From Leucoraja erinacea (lineage: Eukaryota): a DNA stretch of 64,000 nucleotides. Position numbers and translations under genes: made by a program. Shown piece by piece: positions 50,299 through 62,869 of the stretch. The DNA lies in contig NC_073385.1 in assembly GCF_028641065.1 (NCBI RefSeq), positions 60,326,001-60,390,000 of the forward strand, given 5' to 3'. The notes beneath the pieces were generated by a model. That model had not been told where the DNA came from and did no database searches. It saw only the letters and a list, made by a program, of their open reading frames with translations. Within the stretch, counting starts at the first letter, position 1; every line of letters starts with the position of its first letter.

Positions 50299-51276
50299 AT
50301 ACTAAAAAAGCACCAAGACACACAACTACATAAAAGTTGACATAAACATCCACCACAGTGGATTCCCCACATTCCTCACTGTGATGGAAGCCAATAAAGT
50401 CTAATCTTCTTCCCTCATTTTTCTCCCGCGGTCAGGGCAGTCGAACCATCTATCAGGGCTCGAAATTGGCGGTTGCCCGGGTGCCACTGACCACTCAAAG
50501 TGCCGCCGAGCAACCTAAACGCCGAGTCATTTTGCCCGGCTTGGCAACTTGGTTTATACAGAAGATATACCGTGGGAAAGATGCTAAGTGTGTCGTGACG
50601 GAGGGTCGGAGCAAATGACGGGCTCCGCACAGCAGCAGCGGTGGCTCCATCTCCTCCTCCTCCCGCACCCGTCCCGCCCGGCCTGATAACGCTATAGGAT
50701 CTTTGCTCTTAGCAGCCGCTACTGTCACTCCGCCAACGGCATTTTCAAAACAAACCCTTGGAGGAGGGAGGTGTCGGTCAGAGGCGGGGCTAAGGATAGA
50801 GCGCGGTGATTGGTGGAGGGAGACGTGCCAAAACACTCTCGGCAGACCTGGATCGATCCCGGTCTCCGCCGAACCGCCACTGGACCATCCCCTCCACCCA
50901 CCCGAGAGCCCCCCCCGGGGATGGCCAGAGGCATCGGGAGTCAGACGGGAGTGGTGCCCCCAGGCCCACAGCCAGCGCAGAGAAGCAGTGCTGCTCAACT
51001 CTGCCCGTCCCTGTTTGGATTGAGACAGGGCTGTAGGCGAGACAGGCACAGTTGAGCTGCATTTAGCGCTGGATTGAGCTGAAATTGCCGTTGACGGGGC
51101 CTCCGAAGCCTCGCGTGTGAGCGTGCGCATGCGCGCGCAACCGCCAAGATATTCTGTCCCTCGGTCCCCTCCATATTTTTATAGCGATTTGAGCGATGAT
51201 GCCGGTGTTGTCCAAGGATCGCTGACCTTCCTTCTGACCGCCTCTGCCCCTTTCCTCCTCCTCTCTCCCTCCCTCC

Positions 51277-51308
<32 letters not shown>

Positions 51309-53400
51309 TCTCTCTCTTGTACGCCCCCCTCCACTCCCCTTTGCCCTGTGACCCCTCCTCTCCATCCCGCACCGATCCCCATTCCTGCCACTATTCCCTC
51401 CCCACTGACATCCCCTGTGCTCCCCTCCTCCCCTACCCCCCCCCCCCAATCTATTCATCCTGCACTGATCTCCCTATCCACCTCCCATTGATTCTCCTGC
51501 CACTCCCCATCAATCCTACACTGGTCCCCCAATTCATCCTGTACTGACCTCTCTTCCCATCCATCCTGCACTGCATCCCCCCGCCCCTTCATCCAGCACT
51601 GCTCCCTCCCCATCCATCCTGCACAGATCCCCCCCATTCAACCCACTGTCATCCCCGCGCTCTCCCCTCACAATTATACCTACTCCAACCAACACCCACT
51701 AATTCCCCTGCCCCAATCCATTCATTCCGCAAAAATTGCCTTCTCATCCCCCCCCCACCGCCACCTATCAATCCTGCACCGATTCACACCCCCGCGACCC
51801 TATTGTGCTGGAAATGTCTTCAGAGCGAACATTGACTATGTTTGATAACGGAATGGAATCAAAGATGTTTTAATTCCCAATGTTATTATTTGTTTTAATC
51901 CATAAAGATGGATTAATTAAGTTGTAAACACGTGAAACATTAAAATTGCAGTGTTCGATTGTCACTGCTACTGTTGTCATGTTATTACAGAATTAATTTT
52001 AACGGCAAATCAATGCCCTTAATATTGAGTATCAGTACTGTAGTTATTTAATGAGCAACATTCCAACCATACGTTGGATTTATCCAGGTTTTACTTCTAC
52101 AGTCAGTCATATACATCACAAATTTGATTAGGAGATATTTCAGTTGAAATTTTAACGTTCATTCTGAAGTGGGAATGATGGAAAAAGTGTTTATCAACAT
52201 TTTTTAAAATTTGTTGCTTACAAACTGGGTATCTTCATTGCTGTTCACAACACATCCAACTAATCTCAATGTCCGATAATGTGGTGTCTTGGCACCTTTA
52301 AATATATTAGCAAAAGAACATTTGCTGCATTTATGTACCTTGGCCATCTCCTGTTAGTTAGTGTAATGTTTAACCTGTCAGATGGGTATTGTCAGTTTTA
52401 TCAGCTGTTATCATAAAATGCCTTTAGAAAATTCCTTGCAAACTGTATATTTTGTCGTGGATAAATTATGTGGGAAGCGTGAGTGTTTCTGTACCAATAG
52501 CAATAACGACCTATGCTATGGCCATGTCATGATAATTTTCGGTCCTTCACAAAAAACATGCTTGCATCAATCTGTAGTGTGCATGGTTAAGCATATATGT
52601 TATCATGGTCCAGGATTTATTGACACAAGTTGATCATACGCTGAATAATCCTACCACATTTTTTTTGGAAGTGGAAAGAAATAATAAAAATTGCATTAAT
52701 TACAATGTGTAAAAAGAGTTGAGATGCTGTATTATAATTTTGCTGCATGTCATTGTTGTATATATCATGCCTTGATTGGTGAATATGTTTAGTTTGTGAC
52801 TTTATTAGAAGCAGAAATAATATGTGAATGCTTCATTGAGCATAATTCCGACTGGTAACCACGCACTTCTTCCGAACACATTATCGCATGCGTCATGCAA
52901 GCCATCTTAAATGACCACCTAAACTGTCATTTGGCAACCTAAAAAGTTGCCAACGTTGCCCAGCTGGCAACAGGGAAAAAAAGTTAAGCGAGAGCCCTGT
53001 CTATCAGTGCGATCAAAGCTCCCGCAGCCGGCGGTCGAAGCCCCCGTGATGGGGCGATCGAAGCTCCCGCGTCGGGGCAGTCGAAGCTCCCGCGTCGGGT
53101 CGGTCGAAGCTCCCGCGTCGGGTCGGTCGAAGCTCCTGTGGCTTGGAGCTCCCGATGTCGGTTTCTGACCAGAGACCACGAGCTCCCCGATGTTAAAGTC
53201 CGCAGGCACCTGCAGTAGAGCTCAGAGGTCAATCCCTGGCAAAGGAATTGCGGGCTCCACGATGGTAAATCTGCAGGCACCTGCGGTGGAGCTCTCAAAG
53301 GTCCCCAGGCCACCAACGCCTCGATGTTAGGTCGCAGTGCGGACGGAGATACGATATGGAAAAAAATCACATCTCCGTCGAGGTAAGAGATTAGATTCCC
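50299..53400 (-). mobile_element. GC-rich non-autonomous retroposon (family of 57340-58118), split by the 5-bp-TSD element
   Basis: 50310-50400 is homologous to the reverse complement of 57945-58030. It resumes at 53005 with 23-bp tandem repeats (cgaagctcccgcgtcggg). Confidence 0.65.
50454..52999. mobile_element. 2.5-kb non-autonomous DNA transposon with CAGGGCTC termini and a 5-bp TSD (hAT5-like)
   Basis: TCTAT|cagggctc...gagccctg|TCTAT. A second copy lies at 1-239 plus 4781-4915. No transposase ORF. Confidence 0.85.
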
Positions 53401-54059
53401 CCCCCCCCCACCAAAATAGTGAACCAGAAGAAGATTCCCCCATCTTTATCATTAGCATTTATTATATTTGTTATTATATACATATATAGTCAAACCCAGT
53501 GTACATGACAGTTGTATTTTTTTTAAACTTGTCCTTGGAAATACTGTCTTTGTAAATGCGGAAATATACATACTAGATCAGACTGTTAGAAATCTATTTT
53601 GCAGTCATCCACCATACATAGTTTAAACTTCATTATGTTATGGTGAGTTCTTACCGACATGTATTCAAATTTTACAGGTTTTGTAAAGATTGGTTATTTT
53701 GAATTAGTGTATTTAGAAATGAAGAAATGTGGACTTTATATTCCTTTTACAATTTCACAATTTAGGAGTATCCAATTTACCAAACTTAACATTGTTGCTT
53801 GACTATTTTCTGGAAGACAAGAATTTCTGACTACTCAATAAAACGGTATTGACTCAATGACTGCCATGCAGATTATTTGCTATTCTTCAACAAGGCAACC
53901 TTGTTCTGCATAGGGGCCAGCATGCCTGTGAGCGGATGGTGGGCCACATCTATCACGTGTACACATGGATCCCGCCCCCATCTAGCCCCGGATGGCAGGC
54001 ATCAAATCACGTGTTCACATAGATCCCGCCCCTTCGAGGATGCCACCCAGAGCACTGGC

Positions 54060-54510
54060 CCCTAGTTACGGGTGCTCATGAACATCTCACACCTACGGAC
54101 CATTGCCTTGGCTCTGTCCTGAAGGCAGTGGCTCAAATACTCACACTCACTCGTCCCCGGCCTATTGACAACCCCGATCCCAACCGCGAAGCGCAGGCAC
54201 AGAAGGTGCGCGACTGTGCCGGCGGCTTTGTGCAGGAGGCGGTACAGCCAAGCACGGTGCTCGGCCGCGCTTGATGTTCGGTGCTCGGTGGCGCTGCTCT
54301 GCGGCTCTGCCATTGTGGCCGCTAGCACAGGCCTTCCTTGTGTCCTTGCGTCACCGCGCCTGGGCACCACGGCCTCAGGCTCGGGAGGTGCCAGAGATGA
54401 CGGAAGTCTGCGGGCTGGTTAATTACGGAGAAAATATACGCCTGCTGGGCAGGACGATTTCGGGTTACGGGCCACATTCGGCCCGGGGGGGCGTAGGTTG
54501 TCGATCCCTG
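54060..54510. mobile_element. hAT/Charlie-like MITE fragment
   Basis: Ends cgtaggttgtcgatccctg (reverse complement CAGGGATCGACAACCTACG). Left end uncertain. Confidence 0.55.
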
Positions 54511-55034
54511 ATTTAAGTAGACCAAGTTTAACATCAGTATTAGGCATATAGTGATACTTCTGTCAACACAACTAAAACTTAACTGTTCTTAAATACTTAT
54601 CTACTTAAACAAATATTTTCAAGTATTCCCTCAGCTGTGAGATCAGTGAAAGCAATTTCCTCACAGCTTGACAACATGCTATGCCTTCCATGTCTTAGGA
54701 ATCAAAACTCCATTTGATCAGTATTTGAAGTCCAGCTGCAAAAATTTAAAAAATCATAGTATGAGGCAGCAGGAGGTAGACTTGGACTTTAAAATGCTTC
54801 TACAACCCGTTGATTTGGCTGACCCTACCGTGTGATTCTTTCAAACAACTGGTCCTTTGCTCTTAGTTACACCCTTCCCTAATGATTTGCAACTGTATTG
54901 ATCTCTTAAGCCTTTTTAGATTTAATTTGATCCATTTATATATAAATATTGCAATTGTGTACGCTCGCTAATAGTTCAGTCATTGCAAGAGTGTTAAATT
55001 TGCACCAATGCTAAATGTGTTGCAAGCATTTATT

Positions 55035-56079
55035 TAGCAATGTTACAAAATTTTGAAATTTAAAAAATCAAGTCCGCAATTTATCCCATCAGATAAAGCA
55101 TAAAAAGAAGTTTAATTTGACACCTAATTCACTTTCATATCTTCAGTATTAAAAAAAGTTATGGCCATTTTCATACTCGGAAATTAGCATCTTGTTCCCT
55201 ATTGATTTTCCATTGACTTAACATAAAAGCTGTGATCGAGGACAGTCTAAAGCCGATAACTTTATTAAAAATTAAGAGAACTGAAATAAATTTTCAGTTA
55301 TTATAGATTGAAGCATTCTGAAACAAATATTAAACAATCTTACTTGGATGACCTGAAATTAAAGCATATAATTAGTTAGTTACCCAATTGTAGCTAATTC
55401 CAAAATTCAATTACTAGATCTAAACATTTATCCATTTCTTAAGGAAAGATTAACATTTTTAAATAGCCTAAGTGTCCAAAGAACATTCACACAAGAATTC
55501 ATAATAAAACATGATTTTTAAATCTCATTGACATTAATTTATAGGCCAAATGGAAGGGATTTAGTGTTCAATTGCTGTAAATTAATGGCCATTTAAATCA
55601 TCCATTAAATGGGATTCTGTGGAACGCGCTGGTTTAGAACGTTGCCATTGCGGTGAATTTGTACCCCATGTCGGCATGAAAGATACTGTGGGATTGAATG
55701 GGCCCCCAAGTCAGCTACTCGCAACATAAAATTTTATATAAAGGGATCTTAAGAAGCCCTTTTTAATGTAAAAATAAACAACCTACCTTGCCTTGTCCCC
55801 TACATGAGATCCATCCCGTTGTCGGGGTTTGCGGCTTTAGAGGATGATTTTTAATCTACTATAACAATTAAATAATCCAATTTAGTCTAAAAATACCTGC
55901 AGCAAATGAATTTTGCAGCGAATTTTCGTTAGCAACTAAGTAGGCTGAACAACATCGATTTCAACAGCCTAGAGAAAATCACGTTATAAACCCGCCCCCC
56001 TCTCAAAGGCGCCAAAGTCGCGCACACGGGCAACGGCAGAACTGCAGCGCCGCTGAGGGTAAGTTTTGCAACATACCTA
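55035..56079. mobile_element. 1045-bp non-autonomous DNA transposon with TAG...CTA termini and a 7-bp TSD
   Basis: tagcaatgttacaaaa / ttttgcaacataccta. ATTTATT at 55028-55034 and 56080-56086. Confidence 0.7.
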
Positions 56080-56727
56080 ATTTATTGAATAAGTTGATGG
56101 GTTAATAATAGATTAGTAATGAGAAAATTGTATATATAAAGATTCTGAGTTCAAACTGAGAGTTTGAGTTTAACAGCTTTAGTAATAGCCTTCAGTGATA
56201 AATCTGTAATCTATTTTAATATCTATTTTTCAATTTAGTCTCTTAAATATTTACTCTTCACTGCACTCCTGAGATCCTACCACATTAATTTAGTTAGAAT
56301 GTTCTCCATCACATATCTCAGTAAAAATGTTGTAGACTCGGTAATTAATACCACTTTATTAAAAACACAGAATACGAGAATGAAGAATAAATATATTATA
56401 GGAAAGCACGATTGTGTTTGAAAGTGCAACGTAAGTCAGCTCAGAAGCATGTTCGCAAATTTAAATTTGACTGTTTTTGTAGATGCAAGCTGGACAGACC
56501 TTTTATACCCACAAGTGCACACCTGTGCTTTCTTAATACACTGAATAATTATTGTGGTACTTTGGCACTGCTGCCTCCCCATGTTATGAGGAGGTTGTTG
56601 GGTTCATGCCAAATTATAGATTGTGTTTGTGTAATCTCCCCTAGCATTTCAGAGCAGTTCTAAGCATGTGCTTAGGCTTTAAACTTTTAGACCCTATTCT
56701 CTTGATTTTTGGAAACATTTGAAGAAA

Positions 56728-56865
56728 TGGCATTAATCCTGATGTTCTGGCCAATACTTATTGAAGAATAAAATGATATTACCAAATTAGATCTCATCGT
56801 TGTTTTAGTAATCTTGTAATTTGCGAATTGGTTGCTGTATTAACACTACAATGTTACAAAAAATC
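56728..56865 (+). mobile_element. DeuSINE (Deu domain) remnant
   Basis: cctgatgttctggccaatac...atcttgt..tttgcgaattggttgctg, similar to the recalled Deu core. Confidence 0.45.
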
Positions 56866-57337
56866 CGTGAGTGCCCCATTCTCATGAATGAATGTGGATT
56901 CATGCTGCATTAGCACCGTGAATACAGCAGCAGTGACATTGTTACATGGGAGAGAGAAAGGTTTTGCTGTATTTAAAATATATATTTTAGTTGCAGTTTG
57001 GTGTAGGCTTGTTATCATTCTAGTTCCAATGGAAATTTAAACAGAAAATGCTAGAAACACTCATCACATCAGGCAGCACCTTAGAAAAAGCAGGTTGGGG
57101 ACCTTTCGGCAGAAATTGGAAAGAACAATTGAAAAAAGGCAATTATAAAATGCAGAAAAGGTGGTGAGAGCTAAGGTGAGCACAACAGGATTATATGTGA
57201 TGGGGTGAGACTAGGTAAAATGAATTAATGAGGCACTTAGAGGCTGATTATACTACTTTGTTTGTGTGATGTGTTGCAAATAACGGGGCTATGGGACATA
57301 TTCAGCCGATCAGGCTGTACTAATAAACCGAGTCCGA

Positions 57338-58118
57338 GTGGTGGCGCCATCGAGTGTGGCAGCCTCACCAGCAGTCTGTCCTTTCATCCTTTTTGTTATT
57401 TTTAGTTTGTCTAAAAGTTTGTTTTTGGAGGTCTTTTAGTCTTTTTTATGTGTGGGGGAGGAGGGGAAAACCGTTTTTCTCAGTCACTACCTGGTCGAGG
57501 ATGCGTCTTTTCTCCGAGCCGCATCTTCGCCCCCTCCTCACGGCCTACCATCTCAATTGGTGCGGCTTTTCCTGCCGGAGACCGGCCAGAGCTTCAGCGG
57601 CGGCGCAGTACTGTATTCCATCGCGGAGCGGGCGATGCCTTACCGGGATCACCGTGTGGAGCTCCGGAGTACCTGCCGACTTTAACACCGTGGAGCTGTG
57701 GTCTGCGGCGCCTCTAGCCGCGGACGGCGTTGCCTCTAACATCGCGGAGGCCTGAGATTTTTCGCCGAGGATCACCAGTATTGGAGCTCCGCCCAGCTCG
57801 GCCTGTAGACTTCGGACCTCTGGTGGGAAGCGGCCGATTCGGAAACTCCAAGCCGCTGAGAGTGTTCTTCCATTCTGCCGTCAGAGTTTCATCATCCCGG
57901 CGAGAGGGCCTGAAGCATCGGGCCTCCGTTGAGGCGACTGTGGAACTTTATTGCCTTCCCTCACAGTGGGAAACGTTGATTCCGCTGTGGGGGTTGCTTT
58001 ATGTTTTATGTTAAATTCTATAGTGTTGTGTTTATCATATTTGTGTGCTGCATGGTAACTCAAATATCACTGCACCAATTGGTGTATGTGACAATAAATG
58101 TCCTTTGTCCTTTGTCCT
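57338..58118 (+). mobile_element. GC-rich non-autonomous retroposon with a Rex1-like tail
   Basis: Starts ggtggcgcc and ends gtatgtgacaataaa(tgtcctt)n. No ORF and no obvious tRNA head. Confidence 0.65.
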
Positions 58119-58139
58119 CTGTAATAGAGAGAGAAAGGA

Positions 58140-59710
58140 AATGAGCCAAAATCTCAGTCTAGCAGAAATAACAATCACAGAGGTCTGCGTCAGAAAATCT
58201 TTCAGAGGGGTGAACCCTCGAAAAGTGCCTGGACCTGATGGTATACCGGGTCGTGTTCTAAAAACCTGTGCGGACCAACTGGCTGGAGTTTTTACGGACA
58301 TTTTCAACCTCTCACTTCTGAGGTCTGAGGTTCCCACCTGCTTTAAAAGGGCATCAATAATACCGGTACCCAAGAAGAGCAAGGTGACGTGCCTCAACGA
58401 CTATCGACCAGTGGCACTAACGTCGGTGGTGATGAAGTGCTTCGAGAGTTTGATCATGGTGCAAATCAACTCCTACCTCGAGAAAAACCTGGACCCACTG
58501 CAGTTCACTTACCGCCACAACAGATCAACAGTGGAAGCAATCTCGCTGGCTCTCCACTCCGCTCTAGACCACTTGCAAAAACTCATATGTCAGGCTGTTA
58601 TTCATTGACTACAGCTCGGCATTTAATGCAATCATCCCTTCCAAGCTGGTTATCAAACTCTCAGAACTGGGTCTCTGCGCATCCCTCTGCAATTGGATCC
58701 TCGACATCCTTATTCACAGACCACAGACTGTTCGAATTGGTGGAAATGTGTCAGCCTCGATAACAATCAGCACGGGAGCACCTCAAGGCTGCGTGCTCAG
58801 CCCCCTGCTGTACTCACCCTATACGCATGACTGCGAAGCCGATCATAGTGCGAACTCCATCATCAAGTTCGCTGACGACATCACTGTTGTGGGACGTATC
58901 ACTGATGGGGACGAGTCAGAGAATAGAAGTGAGATCGACCGACTGACCAAGGACCCAGCAAAACCAAGGAACTGATTGTGGACTTTGGAAGGGTAGGATG
59001 GGGACCCACACTCCCGTTTATATCAACGGGTTGATGGTGGAAAGGGCCAAGAGCTTCAAATTCCTGGGCGTGCACATCTCTGAAGATCTCTCCTGGTCCA
59101 AGAACACTGATGCTGTTATAAAGAAAGCACATCAGCGCCTCAACTTCCTGAGAAGATTACGGAGAGTCAGTATGTCAAGGAGGACTCTCTCTAACGTCTA
59201 CAGGTGCACAATAAAGAGCATGCTGACCGGTTGCATCGTGGCTTGGTTTGGCAACTTTAGTGCCCAGGAGAGAAAACACTGCCCAGTCCATCATCGGCTC
59301 TGATCTCCCTACCATCGAGGGGATCTATCGCAGTCGCTGCCTCAAAAAGGCTGGCAGCATCATCAAGGACCCACATCATCCTGGCCACACACTCATCTCC
59401 CCGCTGCCTTTAGGTCGAAGGTACAGGAGCCTGAAGACTGCAACGTCCAGGTTCAGAAACAGAAACAGCTTTTTCCCCACAGCCATCAGGCTATTGAACT
59501 CAACTCAAACAAAACCATGAACATTATCAGTTTATTTGCATTGTATCTGTTTTATTTATTTATTTGTGTACATATTTATACAATAGTATATGGATACACT
59601 GGTCTGTTCTGTATTCATGCCTTCTATATTCTGTTGTGCTGAAGCAAAGCAGCAATTTCATTGTCCTATCTGGGACACATGACAATAAACTCTCTTGACT
59701 TGAGTCTTGA
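58140..59710 (+). mobile_element. 5'-truncated Rex1/Babar LINE (RT, 3'UTR, CTTGA tail)
   Basis: [48 protein letters not shown] and LPLGRRYRSL motifs. Frameshifted. Confidence 0.92.
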
Positions 59711-61054
59711 ACAGGTTCTGATGCGGACAGAAAAAGCATAAATAAAAAGTTGGAGAATTTGATATTGAGGCTGGACATTGTAAAATTTATTCCAAGACTT
59801 GAATTTATGCAGCATTTTTTGGTGATTTTCATATGGCCAAAATTGTTTTACAGGCAGTCAACTTCTTCCAAAATATTGTCAATTCTGTAATATAGAAAAT
59901 AATTAGGGCTTGTTTATTATCTTACATTTTTTTTGGTTCTGTCCTTTTGTTTGAAGTAATATACTTGCACATTTAAATGAAAGTCAAGGACTTACATGAA
60001 TGTGTAACAGATGTGATGATATGGTGGACAAAGACTTAAAGCTGGATTCCAAATTTTCTTGAAAAGAAGTAGAATGTTATTACCAAATCCATTAGATGTT
60101 TAAGTCAAGGAAAAAATAATAAAAATGTGACCTGCAAAGTTCCAATTCAGATATATCAGAAATATATCTGATATATCAGATATAAGTTTTCCCATTCTAG
60201 ATGCACAAAACAAAACATATGTGATAATAGGAAAGAATGAATGAAAATAGGCTTGTAAATGTAAATGTATCTTGATTATAGGTACTGTTGTTTTAAATTC
60301 TTCTGTCATAGCATGTAGATATAAAAATATTTTTACAAATGTCCATTAAATATGTTTGATTGTGCTACCACCACCCAAATAACATTTACAACCATTACAA
60401 TAATTTACAATTGTTATCTCAGCTTAGTACCAGCAATAAATGTATTTTGAGTTGGTTTAGATCCATTGGAAATATAGTCACATACAAGTCAAATTGTGTT
60501 TTTCCATGATCCAAGACTGGAGCAAATACTAAATAGGTATACAGTATTGTCAGAAATAATGTTGGAATCTATGGCAAAGATAGGAGAAAGGCTGAAGGTG
60601 AATTTCAGGAACAAAGAAGAAAACTAAAAGACTGAAACTTATTGATATTAATTGTGACATTAGTCTCAGTGCCATATGCTAATGAATAAAGAAGCACTAA
60701 AAAAAAATTGATTCACGTGTATATGCTTACATGTTCTGAAAGTGGGGAAGGGTAGATAGTATTGGGATGGAGATAAGCTGATTATTGTTTTAAGTTCAGA
60801 AATATGAATCGGGTAGAGATAATGAAAGAAAGATTCAAAATAGGTTTGGAATGCATTAACATAAATGCAAACGGGAATTTGGGTTGGTGAGCAGTAGACT
60901 CAAATAGTAGACACGTGGAACAGATTTTTTTAAAAAGAGCTGCTGGAAGAAGCAGGTCAAGCAGCATCAATGGAAGGAACTGAACAGCTGATATTTCAGG
61001 TCAGGATTCTTCATCCCTGGCTGGGAATTAGTTCTGTTGAGTTTTACAAACTTC

Positions 61055-61232
61055 TTGAAAGGGCGGACAAGACAATTTAACTTCTCTTGCAAAGGATGAC
61101 ATTCTGGTACTGCTGTGCTTTCTCACAACTGCATGTGCTAGCCTAGAATTTTTCCCTTCTGATTCTGAAGGAGGGCTTGAACGCTAATCATAATGATTGA
61201 AGCCAAATGCTGCCTACTGAGCCACAACTGAC
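61055..61232 (-). mobile_element. Ancient DeuSINE (SacSINE1-like) 5' part
   Basis: Reverse complement has the tRNA-derived head gtcagttgtggctcagtaggcagca...gttcaagccc followed by Deu-like sequence. Confidence 0.55.
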
Positions 61233-61302
61233 TCTCTCAAGAAGAGGAAGAATGCTTATTCAAAATATAAGATCAGTACAAGATCCACAGCTATATAAAT
61301 TA

Positions 61303-62830
61303 TCTCTATAATACTAAATGCTTTTGTCTTGTTTGTGGCTCTATGTGTGTGTGTGTGAATCTGGTTAATTCCTATTTTATTCCAAACACTAGGCTACAGC
61401 CTTCCCATTTTCACACATCCTACTCACATTTTCCCCGTCAAGGTGATAAACATATTCCTGTCGCATTCCCGCCTATATTTCCGAAGTTATTAATCGTTTG
61501 AAGTTTTAAAACAGCCCGAAAACGCACTCATTTCGGGAAAAAACCTGAGTGATGGTACAATGCACTCGTAAGGCAGGGCGGGACTCTCTGGGACGGAGGG
61601 GCACTCCAACACTCGCGGTAAATGAGGAGTGGTGGCGGCTGCCGGCGCCCGACGACTGGTGGGGAGGGTGGTGCTGGAACTAGAGTGAGGGTCGAGCCCG
61701 GGGTTTGGGTCGGGTCCAAGAAAGAAGCCTCCACTTGAACCAAGGACGAGCCATGATCCAGGGTCAAGGACGAGCCTGGAGATGAAGTTGGGGCCTGCAC
61801 TGGAGCCCATGCGACGGCTGAGCTGATGGCTGGTGTCTATAGACAGGGCTGGGCTGAGTACGAGAAGCAGGCCGAGTTCCAGGCCCTGGCGCTGCTCTAC
61901 GACCTGGGTAGGTCCTGGGGCAGGGAATGGGAGTGAGGGGAGGAGGATGAGGGAAATGAGGAGGGAGATGGGGTGGGAAATGGGGTGGTAGAGGGGGAGA
62001 TGGGGGGAGTGTAGAGGAGGGAAGTGGGGAAGGGTGGAGGAGGGAGATGCCCCCTCCCTATTTACCCTCACTCCCACCCTCTCTACCCCCCCCCTCTCTA
62101 CCCCCCCTCCCTTTCCACCCCCTCCCTCTCTACCCCCCTCCCTCTCCTCCCCCCCCTCCCTCTCTACCTTCCTCCCTCGCCCTCTCCCTCTCTACCAGGC
62201 ACGTGCCATCAAGGTAGGCAGTGCCTACCCTGACTAAAATTATAAAAAGGTTATATATTAAATATATATAGTAAAGATTTTCAATTCATTTACTAAATTC
62301 AGTATTTATAAATGGTTATTATTTTAATAATCGATCTTAGGTAGGCATAATTCTCCTGTGCCTTTCATCCACAGTACATATGCGTAACTATACTCACTCA
62401 AGACTTCACTTACAATTAAGGCAGCTGAAATTCTGCCTTTGCACCGAGGACCACGCGCATGTGTGCTGCGCAGCTAGCGTGCAAGGTGCTGCGCATGTCC
62501 ACAGGAGAGGAGACCAATCTTTAAGATTTTTAAAAAGTGGACTGACTGCCTACAGGACCGACCTGCGCCTGCGCGTTTTTACGATTTTCTGCGCATGGAA
62601 CTCACCACCCTTCCCTCTCTACCTCCCTTCGTCTCTGGGGATTGAAGAGGGAGGATGAAAAGGAGAAGGAGTGCTGGGGGATGAGGAGAAATGAGCCATA
62701 CCTGTGCGGTTGGGGGCTATCAGTACAATATTCCATTGGAGGAACGGCTTGCGTTGGGGGAACGGGTGAGTGGTGGAACCTTGCTCTGGGGGAGCAGACC
62801 CAACCGGGCTGCACTTGGCACTTGGCACTT
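61303..62830 (+). mobile_element. Helitron-like unit(s), rearranged, with a nested CAGGC-ended fragment at ~62195-62360
   Basis: A|TCTCTATAATACTAAA head with (TG)n. The 3' end tgggggagcagacccaaccgggctgcacttgg is homologous to 63901-63936 but lacks CTAG. Confidence 0.6.
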
Positions 62831-62869
62831 TGCACTCTGCACCATCAGAGTATAAAATTGTATATCATA

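Noticed and set aside
50495-51637. Multiple overlapping ORFs in the 5-bp-TSD element
   Set aside because: GC-rich and microsatellite sequence lacking stops; no transposase motifs.
53605-53642. Possible 38-nt exon (gcag|...|gtgagt)
   Set aside because: The peptide is unrelated to RMDN; such splice-like pairs arise by chance.
60146-60185. Short gatatatc palindromic repeats
   Set aside because: A simple AT-rich micro-duplication with no other support.
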